From Muribaculaceae bacterium (GTDB taxonomy: Bacteria > Bacteroidota > Bacteroidia > Bacteroidales > Muribaculaceae), in contig JAEEVE010000001.1 in assembly GCA_016290765.1 (NCBI GenBank), positions 1-49,900 of the forward strand: 49,900 nt of DNA, written 5' to 3'. A model generated the notes under the pieces. That model saw only the letters and a list, made by a program, of their open reading frames with translations. It was not told the origin of the DNA and searched no databases. A program made the translations under genes and the position numbers. Positions 28,022 through 35,954 of the stretch are shown in pieces (positions within the stretch are counted from its first letter, which is position 1; every line of letters begins with the position of its first letter).

Positions 28022-28393
28022 ATGGTAGATTCCAGGTTTTCGTTTGAAAAATTAGATGTTTGGCAAAGAGCTCGTGCACTTGTCAAGACAACATATAGTA
28101 TACTCAATCAGTTTCCTAAGAATGAACAGTATGCTCTATGCGACCAAATGAGACGCGCTGTCATATCCATACCATCAAATATTGCCGAAAGCGGAGGACG
28201 CGTATCGTACAAAGAAAAAGCCCATTTCCTTGATTTTGCTCTGGGTTCTGCAATGGAGCTCTATTGTCAATACACTTTGGCATTTGATTTGGGTTATATT
28301 CCAAACGAGTATTATGAAGAAACAGCATCAGAAATCATAGAAATCTCACGAATGATTTCAGGGCTAAAACATAAGTATGAAATTAACAACTAA
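28022..28393 (+). CDS. Four-helix-bundle protein (23S rRNA IVS-protein family, Avd-like fold)
   Basis: FSFEKLDVWQRA, FPKNEQYALCDQMRRAVISIPSNIAES, FLDFALGSAMEL; visibly more AT-rich than the mur genes. Confidence 0.92.
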   Translation: MVDSRFSFEKLDVWQRARALVKTTYSILNQFPKNEQYALCDQMRRAVISIPSNIAESGGRVSYKEKAHFLDFALGSAMELYCQYTLAFDLGYIPNEYYEETASEIIEISRMISGLKHKYEINN

Positions 28394-28395
28394 AC

Positions 28396-28472
28396 TCTAC
28401 TAGCCCGCAGGGCGGTCTGCCAGCGCAGCGATCTACCAGCTGAAAGCGGTCTACCAGCCCGTAGGGCGGTCT
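28396..28472 (-). repeat. Right array of the same units in inverted orientation
   Basis: Reverse complement reads AGACC-GCCC-TAC-GGGC-TG, GTAGACC-GCT-TTC-AGC-TG, GTAGATC-GC-TGC-GC-TG, GCAGACC-GCCC-TGC-GGGC-TA, GTAGA. Confidence 0.85.
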
Positions 28473-28479
28473 TATAAAT

Positions 28480-29847
28480 ATGAAACAGAACATCTACTTT
28501 ATCGGCGCAGGCGGCATCGGGATGGCCGCACTCGAGCGCTATTTCCTGGCACGCGGATGCCGTGTGGCAGGCTACGACCGCACCCCGAGTGACCTCACCC
28601 ATGAATTGGAGGCTGAGGGCGTACACATCGACTACAGCGACGACCCGTCGCTCATCCCCGACTATTGTCGCGACTCCAAGCAGACGCTGGTGGTCTACAC
28701 CGCAGCCATGCCCGCCAACCACCCCGTGTTACGCTGGTTCATGGATAACGGATTTGAGGTCATCAAACGCGCCAAGGCTCTGGGCATCGTCACCGAGCAT
28801 AGCAAGGGAATGTGCTTTGCCGGCACCCACGGCAAGACCACCACATCGAGCATGGCCGCCCACATCCTGCACCAAAGCGGCATCGGCTGTAACGCCTTCC
28901 TGGGTGGCATCCTGCGCAACTACGGCACCAATTTCCTGCTCAGCGACACCAGCCCCTACTCGGTCATTGAGGCCGACGAGTTTGACCGTTCGTTCCACCA
29001 ACTCACCCCGTGGGTTGCTGTGATCACTTCGACCGACCCCGACCACTTGGACATCTACGGCACCGAGGAGGCCTATCTGGAGAGCTTTGCGCACTTCACC
29101 GAGCTCATCCGCCCCGACGGCGCACTTATCGTGCACACGGGACTGAAGCTCGTGCCTCGCCCGCATGCCGGTGTGCGAGTCTATACCTACAGCCGCCATG
29201 AGGGTGACTTCCATGCACAGAACATCCGCAAGGCCGACGGCGACATCACCTTCGACTTGGTCACGCCATGGGAAATTATCCCTGACATTCGTTTGGGTGT
29301 GCCAGTGGACATCAATATTGACAACGCCATTGCCGCCATGGCTGCCTGCCGCCTCACCGAGGTTTCGCACGATGCCATGCGCCAGGCCATCGCTACCTTC
29401 CAGGGCCCCAAGCGTCGCTTTGAGTTCTGGGTCAAGGAACCGGGCGCACACGGCCGCGTCATGATTGACGACTATGCCCACCATCCCGACGAATTGCGCG
29501 CCAGCATCACCAGTGTGCGCGACTTGTACCCAGGTCGCCGACTGGGCGTGATCTTCCAGCCACACCTTTACACCCGCACGCGCGACTTCGCCCCCGAGTT
29601 TGCCGATGCTCTCTCTCTGGCCGATGAGGTCTACCTGCTGCCTATCTACCCCGCACGCGAGCTCCCCATCGCCGGTGTGACCAGCGAAATCATCCTAAAT
29701 CGCCTTAGTTGTGCTAAAAAAGCTATAATTCAGCGCGAAAAGTTGGTGGAATCAATAAAAAGCCTTAACTTTGACGTTTTGTTAACGGTTGGTGCCGGAG
29801 ATATCGACCGCTTGCTCCCCGACATCCGCCAACAGTTGATAGACTAA
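28480..29847 (+). CDS. murC: UDP-MurNAc:L-Ala ligase MurC
   Basis: FIGAGGIGM, GTHGKTTT, EADEFD, DDYAHHP, FQPHLYTRT, GAGDI. Confidence 0.97.
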   Translation: MKQNIYFIGAGGIGMAALERYFLARGCRVAGYDRTPSDLTHELEAEGVHIDYSDDPSLIPDYCRDSKQTLVVYTAAMPANHPVLRWFMDNGFEVIKRAKALGIVTEHSKGMCFAGTHGKTTTSSMAAHILHQSGIGCNAFLGGILRNYGTNFLLSDTSPYSVIEADEFDRSFHQLTPWVAVITSTDPDHLDIYGTEEAYLESFAHFTELIRPDGALIVHTGLKLVPRPHAGVRVYTYSRHEGDFHAQNIRKADGDITFDLVTPWEIIPDIRLGVPVDINIDNAIAAMAACRLTEVSHDAMRQAIATFQGPKRRFEFWVKEPGAHGRVMIDDYAHHPDELRASITSVRDLYPGRRLGVIFQPHLYTRTRDFAPEFADALSLADEVYLLPIYPARELPIAGVTSEIILNRLSCAKKAIIQREKLVESIKSLNFDVLLTVGAGDIDRLLPDIRQQLID

Positions 29848-29911
29848 AAAGACATAAGGGCATAAATCTGCTTGAGGCGTGTTTTAGACTAAAAGACATA
29901 AAGACATATTT
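29840..29911 (+). repeat. Left AGAC-core repeat array flanking the GxxExxY gene
   Basis: TAGACTAAAAAGACATAAGGGCATAAA (29840-29866) and TAGACTAAAAGACATAAAGACATATTT (29885-29911). Confidence 0.8.
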
Positions 29912-29913
29912 TT

Positions 29914-30312
29914 ATGGATGTAGAAAAGATTATATCTGACATTATACAGGCTGCTTATGATGTAAGAAGTCTTTTAATGCCAGGCTTTTTAGAAAAAGTC
30001 TATGAAAACGCTATGTTGATCGAATTGCGCGATAAAGGCTATCATGTCAAACAGCAAGTGCCCATTGATGTCAGATATAAGGGATACCAAGTTGGCGAAT
30101 ACATTGCCGACCTCATTGTCGAAGATAGTGTCATCATTGAAATAAAAGCCGCCAAGAATATCGACGTTTCCCATGAGATACAGACAGTTTGTTACTTGAC
30201 TGCCACCGGTATTGATAATGGAATCGTCGTGAATTTCGGGAATCCTCAAGGAATACAGATAAAACGAAAGTATCGAACCTACGACTCAACTAAAAGCACA
30301 AATAAAATATAG
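29914..30312 (+). CDS. GxxExxY protein (PD-(D/E)xK nuclease-like)
   Basis: PGFLEKVYENAM (GxxExxY), ADLIVEDSVIIEIKA, Q--CYL, NFG; AT-rich. Confidence 0.92.
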   Translation: MDVEKIISDIIQAAYDVRSLLMPGFLEKVYENAMLIELRDKGYHVKQQVPIDVRYKGYQVGEYIADLIVEDSVIIEIKAAKNIDVSHEIQTVCYLTATGIDNGIVVNFGNPQGIQIKRKYRTYDSTKSTNKI

Positions 30313-30425
30313 TCTTTTTGTCTTTATAGTCTCATAAACGAAATATAGTCTTTATGTCTTTATAGTCTAAAAAATATTAAGTTGAAGCTTTTTGTCTTTA
30401 TAGTCTTGAAAATGAAATATAGTCT
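30305..30425 (-). repeat. Right GTCT-core array, inverted relative to the left array
   Basis: AAATATAGTCTTT(T/A)TGTCTTTATAGTCT twice (30305-30332, 30341-30368) plus partial copies at 30388-30406 and 30415-30425. Confidence 0.85.
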
Positions 30426-30431
30426 GGTAAA

Positions 30432-31331
30432 TTGAAGCGAATTATCCAAAATACCATCTTACTTGTCCTCGCAGGGTTGCTCATGTGGGGCATTTTCTGG
30501 GCGCGTGGGAAAGCAGCCGACGAGCTGTGCCAACGCGTCGAGGTGACTATCGACAATGCCGATAGCACACGGTTTGTCACCCCACAGGGTGTCATCGCCG
30601 AACTTGCCAAGCTGGGCTTCAAGGTCGTGGGCAAGCCCATGTGGCAAATCGACGCCGAACGCATCGAGCAGGCTCTGCAACGCTCGGAGTACCTCGAGAA
30701 AGCCGAATGCGTCAAGGGAGCCGACGGCGTACTCATTATCCGCGCCAGCCAGTTGGTGCCCGTGTTGCGCGTGTTTGACGGCGACCAGAGCTACTACGTC
30801 AACCGCTTCGGCAAGCGCATGAGTGCCACTGCCAGCTATCATGCCGATGTACCCGTGGTACAGGGACACTTTACTGACAAATACCCTGCTACACGCTTGT
30901 TGCCGCTGGTGCAGTTTGTTGAGAGTGACTCTTTGCTGCGTTCATTGGTGACCATGTACACCATGCGCGACAGCAACAACATCTTTATTGTCCCGTCAAT
31001 CTACGGCCATATCGTCAACATCGGCGACTGCAGCAACTTTGATGCCAAGTTCCGCAAGCTCAAACTCTTCTATCGCAAAGTCTTGCCCGCCAAGGGATGG
31101 GAAAACTACGACACCATCTCGGTCAAGTGGGACCATCAGGTTGTCGCCACCCGCCGCGTCAAGGCCGTGAAAATCGAAATGGACTACGACTCGGCCTTTG
31201 ACGAACCCGAGCTTGACATCCAGACAATGACCGTCGACGATGACCGACACACCCTCGCCGTCGACGAGAAGAAACAGAGGCCAAAAACAAAAAACGAGAA
31301 GCAAGACACCAGCAGTAAGAAATCTAGATAG
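30432..31331 (+). CDS. ftsQ: Cell division protein FtsQ (Bacteroidetes type)
   Basis: TTG start, N-terminal TM, POTRA-like region, PVLRV..SYYV, VPVVQG, QVVAT; upstream of ftsA. Confidence 0.85.
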   Translation: MKRIIQNTILLVLAGLLMWGIFWARGKAADELCQRVEVTIDNADSTRFVTPQGVIAELAKLGFKVVGKPMWQIDAERIEQALQRSEYLEKAECVKGADGVLIIRASQLVPVLRVFDGDQSYYVNRFGKRMSATASYHADVPVVQGHFTDKYPATRLLPLVQFVESDSLLRSLVTMYTMRDSNNIFIVPSIYGHIVNIGDCSNFDAKFRKLKLFYRKVLPAKGWENYDTISVKWDHQVVATRRVKAVKIEMDYDSAFDEPELDIQTMTVDDDRHTLAVDEKKQRPKTKNEKQDTSSKKSR

Positions 31332-31367
31332 TCTAGCTCCCCCAGTACCTCTAGAGCGTCTAGAACC
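31323..31367 (+). repeat. Nonamer array TCTAGnnnn x5
   Basis: TCTAGATAG TCTAGCTCC CCCAGTACC TCTAGAGCG TCTAGAACC; first unit contains the ftsQ stop. Confidence 0.75.
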
Positions 31368-31399
31368 AAGATATAGCAAATAATAAAAACATCATAACA

Positions 31400-32710
31400 A
31401 TGGACAAGAACCAGTATATTGTAGTATTTGAGATTGGGTCCAGCAAGATTGTGGGTGCTGTGGCCGAGAAGTCGCCTGCCGGCATGGTGAGCGTGAGCCA
31501 TCTGGTCGAGGAGCGGCTGAGCAACTGCGTGCGTTACGGCTGCGTGCAGAACGTGGAGAACGTCAAGGCGGCCATCAACCGCATCCTCAAGAACATTGAG
31601 GATCAGGTAGGTGGCAACATCAAGTATGTCTATGTGGGCGTCTCGGGACGCTCGCTGCACAGCGAGGTGAGCGAGGTGAACCGTGGCTTGGATGCCGCCA
31701 AGCCCATCAGTGCCGAGATTATCTCGGGCATCATCCGCGACGCCAGCCGCAACCCCATCAAGAACTATGAGACTATCGCCGTGGTGCCCCGCACCTATGT
31801 GGTCGACAAGAATGTCACCGCCGACCCCGTGGGCGTCGTTGGTTCAAGCATCAAAATCAAGGCAAACCTCATCGTTGCCAAACCCGCCATCAAGCAAAAC
31901 CTGATGCGTGTGTTTAGTTTCGGCATTGATGTCAAGGACTATATTGTCACTCCGCTGGCAGTGGGCGAGAATGTCCTTACCGACAGTGAGCGGTTGGGCT
32001 GTATGCTCGTTGACCTGGGTGCCGAGACTACCACGGTGAGCATCTACAAGGACGGCTCGCTGGCCTATCTGGCAACGCTCCCATTGGGTGGACGCAACAT
32101 CACCCGTGACATCAGCAATGGCCTAAGCGTGCTCGAGGACACTGCCGAGCGCGTGAAAAAGAACATCAACAACCCGCTGGAGAGCAATGTCGACGACATC
32201 GTCATCGAGGGCGTGAACAGCAGCGAGGCAGCCAACTTCATCGCCGCCCGCAACCGCGAAATCATCGCCAACATCAAGAACCAGCTCAACCTGGCGGGCA
32301 TGACCGCCGACGACATCCGCACCATAGTACTCATTGGTGGTGGCGCCCAACTCAAGGGTCTGGAGAAGAAACTCGAGGAGAATACTAAACTGAGCGTGCG
32401 CATGGGACACTATCCGCAGTCGCTCAACATCCTCAATCACAGCTTCAACCGTCCCGAATACATCGAGACCTTCTGCTTGCTCGCCAAGGCTGCAGCCGAA
32501 ATCCTCCCCGGCGAGACCTGCATCATCCGTCGCAACTACGACGACGGTTTCCAGGTATCCAGTACCCGCCCTGTGCAGCCCGAGCCCGAGCGTGAAAAGA
32601 GACCCCCCGTCGAGGAACCCAAGAAAAAGAAAAAACTAGGCTGGTGGGAAAAAATCCGCACCAAGGCTGGTGAGATGCTCACCGAAGATGATGCCGACGA
32701 CGACCAGTAA
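31400..32710 (+). CDS. ftsA: Cell division protein FtsA
   Basis: EIGSSKI, VDLGAETT, LGGRNITRDI, AERVKK, LIGGGAQL. Confidence 0.93.
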   Translation: MDKNQYIVVFEIGSSKIVGAVAEKSPAGMVSVSHLVEERLSNCVRYGCVQNVENVKAAINRILKNIEDQVGGNIKYVYVGVSGRSLHSEVSEVNRGLDAAKPISAEIISGIIRDASRNPIKNYETIAVVPRTYVVDKNVTADPVGVVGSSIKIKANLIVAKPAIKQNLMRVFSFGIDVKDYIVTPLAVGENVLTDSERLGCMLVDLGAETTTVSIYKDGSLAYLATLPLGGRNITRDISNGLSVLEDTAERVKKNINNPLESNVDDIVIEGVNSSEAANFIAARNREIIANIKNQLNLAGMTADDIRTIVLIGGGAQLKGLEKKLEENTKLSVRMGHYPQSLNILNHSFNRPEYIETFCLLAKAAAEILPGETCIIRRNYDDGFQVSSTRPVQPEPEREKRPPVEEPKKKKKLGWWEKIRTKAGEMLTEDDADDDQ

Positions 32711-32711
32711 A

Positions 32712-32738
32712 TCTAGCCCCCCTAGTCCCCTCTAATCA
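32712..32738 (+). repeat. Degenerate CTAG nonamer array
   Basis: TCTAGCCCC CCTAGTCCC CTCTAATCA. Confidence 0.55.
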
Positions 32739-32758
32739 AGAAAAAAATACAACGCTAT

Positions 32759-34135
32759 ATGAGACCAAACATTTATGACTCTGTGGACCAGAACCCTGGT
32801 TTTAAGGAGGAGAAAAAGAACCCGACCATCATCAAGGTGGTGGGCGTGGGCGGCGGCGGCAACAACGCCATCAACCACATGTGGGCGCAGAACGTCGAGG
32901 GCGTGTCGTTCGTCGTGATCAACACCGACCGCCAGGCCCTGAACATGTCGCCCGTGCCTAACCGAGTGCTCATCGGACCCAAGACGACTAATGGTCTGGG
33001 AGCTGGAAACATTCCCGAACGCGCCAAGGCGGCAGCCGAGGAGAGCGCAGCCGAGATTGCCGCACTGTTTGACGACGAGACCAAGATGGTGTTCATTACC
33101 GCTGGTATGGGTGGTGGCACCGGTACTGGTGCGGCTCCCGTGGTGGCACGCATTGCCCACGAAAAGGGCGTGCTCACCATCGGCATCGTCACCATCCCCT
33201 TCCTCTTTGAGGGACAAAAGAAGATTCTCAAGGCCCTGGCAGGTGCTGACGAGATGAGCAAGCACGTCGACGCTCTACTCATCATCAACAACCAGAGACT
33301 TATCGACATTTATCCCGACCTGGACTTCAACAACGCTTTCGGCAAGGCCGATGACACGCTTTCAAATGCGGCACGCTCCATCAGTGAGCTCATCACCGCC
33401 GAGGGACAGGTCAACGTCGATTTCATGGACGTGAATACTACCCTACGCGATGGTGGCGTCGCTATCATCAGCAGTGGCTACGGCGAGGGCGAGCATCGTG
33501 TGACCAAGGCTATCGAGGACGCACTGGAATCACCACTCTTGAAGAACCGTGACGTCTATGGTTCACGCAAGATCCTTATCAATGTTTATTATAACCCCGA
33601 GAGCGAGAATCCATTCAAGATGGAGGAGTTGAGCGAGGTGGAAGAGTTCATGGCCAACTTCAGCCAAGAGGTAGACGTAATCACAGGTTATGCCCACGAT
33701 CATACACTCGAGGACAAAATCAAGATTACGGTGCTGGCAGCAGGATTCAATGTGTCGCTCGAGAAGGAATCGCCTGCGCCTGTGATGCGCCACCGACGCA
33801 CTGAGACCGCTGCAGCTGAGGTGCCCGACGCTCCTGCCGATGCCGACAAACGTCTGCAAGAGGAATATGGTGCTGCCGCCATTGCCGAGATGCAGACTCG
33901 CAAGGATGAGGCACAATTTATCTTGCTCACCCCCGAGGACATCGACAACGATGAACTCATCGACTTGCTTGAGCGCACTCCAGCCTACAAGCGCAAACCC
34001 GATGACAAGACTGCCATCCGCGAGAAGCGTCAGGCGGCCAGTACTCATGCCGCCAAGGCTGCCGAACAGGCCACCAAGCCTGTCGCTCCCAAGAAGCCTG
34101 GCACTAGCGCCACCATCAATTTCGGCAACGACTGA
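32759..34135 (+). CDS. ftsZ: Cell division GTPase FtsZ
   Basis: IKVVGVGGGGNNA, NTD, GLGAG, AGMGGGTGTGAAP, NVDF. Confidence 0.98.
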   Translation: MRPNIYDSVDQNPGFKEEKKNPTIIKVVGVGGGGNNAINHMWAQNVEGVSFVVINTDRQALNMSPVPNRVLIGPKTTNGLGAGNIPERAKAAAEESAAEIAALFDDETKMVFITAGMGGGTGTGAAPVVARIAHEKGVLTIGIVTIPFLFEGQKKILKALAGADEMSKHVDALLIINNQRLIDIYPDLDFNNAFGKADDTLSNAARSISELITAEGQVNVDFMDVNTTLRDGGVAIISSGYGEGEHRVTKAIEDALESPLLKNRDVYGSRKILINVYYNPESENPFKMEELSEVEEFMANFSQEVDVITGYAHDHTLEDKIKITVLAAGFNVSLEKESPAPVMRHRRTETAAAEVPDAPADADKRLQEEYGAAAIAEMQTRKDEAQFILLTPEDIDNDELIDLLERTPAYKRKPDDKTAIREKRQAASTHAAKAAEQATKPVAPKKPGTSATINFGND

Positions 34136-34152
34136 TTGTAGAAATAATAGGC

Positions 34153-34863
34153 CTATCGGACGATGGGCCAGTTGAAGTGCTTGAGTTCTTGCTCGAGCAC
34201 TTTTTCTTGTCCGCTGGTGTACTTGTTGACCAGGGCGTGGAACTCGGGTGAGTGATTCATGTGGGTAAGATGCGCCAGCTCGTGGCAGATGATGTAACGC
34301 ACCAGCCGTTCGGGCAGAAACATCAGGTTGCGTGAGAGTTGGATAACGCGCCCCTTCGTGCAATGCCCCAACTTGCGCATGCCACGCCCAATCTCCCAAC
34401 TGGCAGGCGACACGCCCACCTCACGAGCCACTTCATCGGCGAAGGGCAGCAGTAGGCGGCTGGATTCCTGTTCCAGCAACACTTGCAAACCATGCGTGAT
34501 ATTGCGCTTGCCGTGGTCACTATTCAAATCCATCCCTGCAGGCAACGACAGGGTAAGCAAGTCGCCATCGTGGCCAAAGAGCATTCTCCGCGGCACTCGC
34601 GACTGGCTTTCGAGCCGCACACGGCAACGGAAACATTCTATCACTTGCCCAATGGTGAAAGTAACTCCGGGTTGTTGCTCCTTGCGGGAGCGTAAGCGAG
34701 GGCGCAACCGGTCCAATGATTCTTGCAACTCGTGCAAAGGAAGTCCGACGGGGACATTCAGGTGCAGCACTTCGCCTTGCCACCGCGCAGTGACATTGCG
34801 CATGCCGCGACGTGTGTTTACCATCACACGTCCAAATTCATCATCATCGTAGTAATATTTCAT
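34153..34863 (-). CDS. M48/YgjP (DUF45) metal-dependent hydrolase
   Basis: YIICHELAHLTHMNHSPEFH (HExxH). Confidence 0.85.
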   Translation of the reverse strand: MKYYYDDDEFGRVMVNTRRGMRNVTARWQGEVLHLNVPVGLPLHELQESLDRLRPRLRSRKEQQPGVTFTIGQVIECFRCRVRLESQSRVPRRMLFGHDGDLLTLSLPAGMDLNSDHGKRNITHGLQVLLEQESSRLLLPFADEVAREVGVSPASWEIGRGMRKLGHCTKGRVIQLSRNLMFLPERLVRYIICHELAHLTHMNHSPEFHALVNKYTSGQEKVLEQELKHFNWPIVR

Positions 34864-34866
34864 GGT

Positions 34867-35724
34867 TTAGCTTCCCCAGTGCAACTTGTGGCGCAAGGTG
34901 CGAGCGAAGTTGTTGTCGACGCGCTGAATCACCTGAACGGTGAGCGGGGCGCGGTCGATGGTCACGCATGTGCCAGCAGGACAGGTGATGCCCTCGCCAT
35001 CGACACTCAGGCGGTAGTTATCGGCACGGGTATTTGTCACGATGGTGATGACCGACTCGTCGGGAACCACCAGCGGCCGCATCGTCAACGAGTGAGGCGA
35101 CAACGGCGACAGCACCATGCAGCGTGTGGTGGGCTCCAGGATAGGGCCACCGGCACTCAAGTTATAGGCCGTACTGCCCGTAGGGGTACACACCACCAGA
35201 CCGTCACCCTTGTAGGTGGTGAGCGGTTTGCCCTGCAAGGTGGTTTCCATCTCAATCATGCTCGACGTGTCTTGACGCAGGATGGCGATGTCGTTCAGCG
35301 CCAACGGATGCTCAATCTCCACACCCTCGCAACGGGCACGCAACATCGAGCGGCGTTCAATGGTATAGTTGCCCGCAAGCAAGTCATCGACCGCCTGCTG
35401 CGCCTCGTCTAGACTGTAGGCAGCCAAGTAGCCCAGATGACCCATATTGATACCCATGATGGGGATGTCTTGCTCCACCACCCACATCACCGTGGTGAGG
35501 AACGTACCATCTCCACCCAGACTCAACGCCACATCGGCGTCCACACGATCGCCACAATGCACAGTCGGCAGGCGCAATTCTGCTCCCGTCTGGGCTGTCA
35601 AGTAGTCGTTGAAGTCACGCTCCAGCGTCACCTCAACCCCGCGCTCGCGCAGTCGTTCAACCAAACTCAAAATGGCCTGCAAGTTGGCATCTTGGTAATT
35701 ATTGCCAAATATAACCAGTTTCAT
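34867..35724 (-). CDS. nadK: NAD kinase
   Basis: LGGDGTFL, GINMGHLGYL, LND, DGLVVCTPTGSTAYNLSAGGP. Confidence 0.96.
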   Translation of the reverse strand: MKLVIFGNNYQDANLQAILSLVERLRERGVEVTLERDFNDYLTAQTGAELRLPTVHCGDRVDADVALSLGGDGTFLTTVMWVVEQDIPIMGINMGHLGYLAAYSLDEAQQAVDDLLAGNYTIERRSMLRARCEGVEIEHPLALNDIAILRQDTSSMIEMETTLQGKPLTTYKGDGLVVCTPTGSTAYNLSAGGPILEPTTRCMVLSPLSPHSLTMRPLVVPDESVITIVTNTRADNYRLSVDGEGITCPAGTCVTIDRAPLTVQVIQRVDNNFARTLRHKLHWGS

Positions 35725-35801
35725 CGCCTTCGTTATTTGAAAAAATGCGTGCTGACGGACAAATAAGGACGTGATTATTTCGCTATTTCAATAATTACCA
35801 C

Positions 35802-35809
35802 TACCTTTG
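35802..35809 (+). promoter_or_regulatory. -7 element, probably for pdxJ
   Basis: TACCTTTG. Confidence 0.6.
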
Positions 35810-35814
35810 CCGTT

Positions 35815-35884
35815 ACTTAAGAGTTAAGAGTTGAAAGTAGAGAGAGAGAAACTATAAACTCAAAACCCTAAACTTTAAACCTTA
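35815..35884. repeat. Gene-less pair of inverted heptamer arrays
   Basis: ACTTAAG AGTTAAG AGTTGAA AGTAGAG, then AACTATA AACTCAA AACCCTA AACTTTA AACCTTA. Confidence 0.75.
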
Positions 35885-35905
35885 ATTGAATTTTGTCCAT
35901 CGTGG

Positions 35906-35913
35906 CAAAGTTA
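35906..35913 (-). promoter_or_regulatory. -7 element, probably for nadK
   Basis: CAAAGTTA = TAACTTTG on the minus strand. Confidence 0.6.
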
Positions 35914-35954
35914 CTCATTTTATTTTACATCACAGCAATTTTCAATCGAAATAT

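Larger units (their letters stand above)
27918..28472 (+). mobile_element. Putative repeat-flanked cassette carrying the four-helix-bundle gene
   Basis: Single AT-rich gene bracketed by inverted repeat arrays, interrupting the normally contiguous murG-murC; mobility is inferred. Confidence 0.5.
29840..30425 (+). mobile_element. Putative repeat-flanked cassette carrying the GxxExxY gene
   Basis: Single gene bracketed by inverted arrays, interrupting murC-ftsQ; mobility is inferred. Confidence 0.5.

Noticed and set aside
28022-28393. Diversity-generating retroelement (Avd-like gene) or 23S rRNA intervening sequence
   Set aside because: No reverse transcriptase, no TR/VR pair with adenine-specific mismatches and no rRNA sequence seen in the window.
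27918-28472. Repeat arrays as a CRISPR array
   Set aside because: Units are 16-20 bp with no unique spacers of about 30 bp, the two arrays are inverted, and no cas genes are present.
28729-29565. Long antisense ORFs (also 4165-4956, 15817-16509, 33563-34399, 40460-41212)
   Set aside because: They are shadows of well-supported genes on the opposite strand and have no recognisable motifs.
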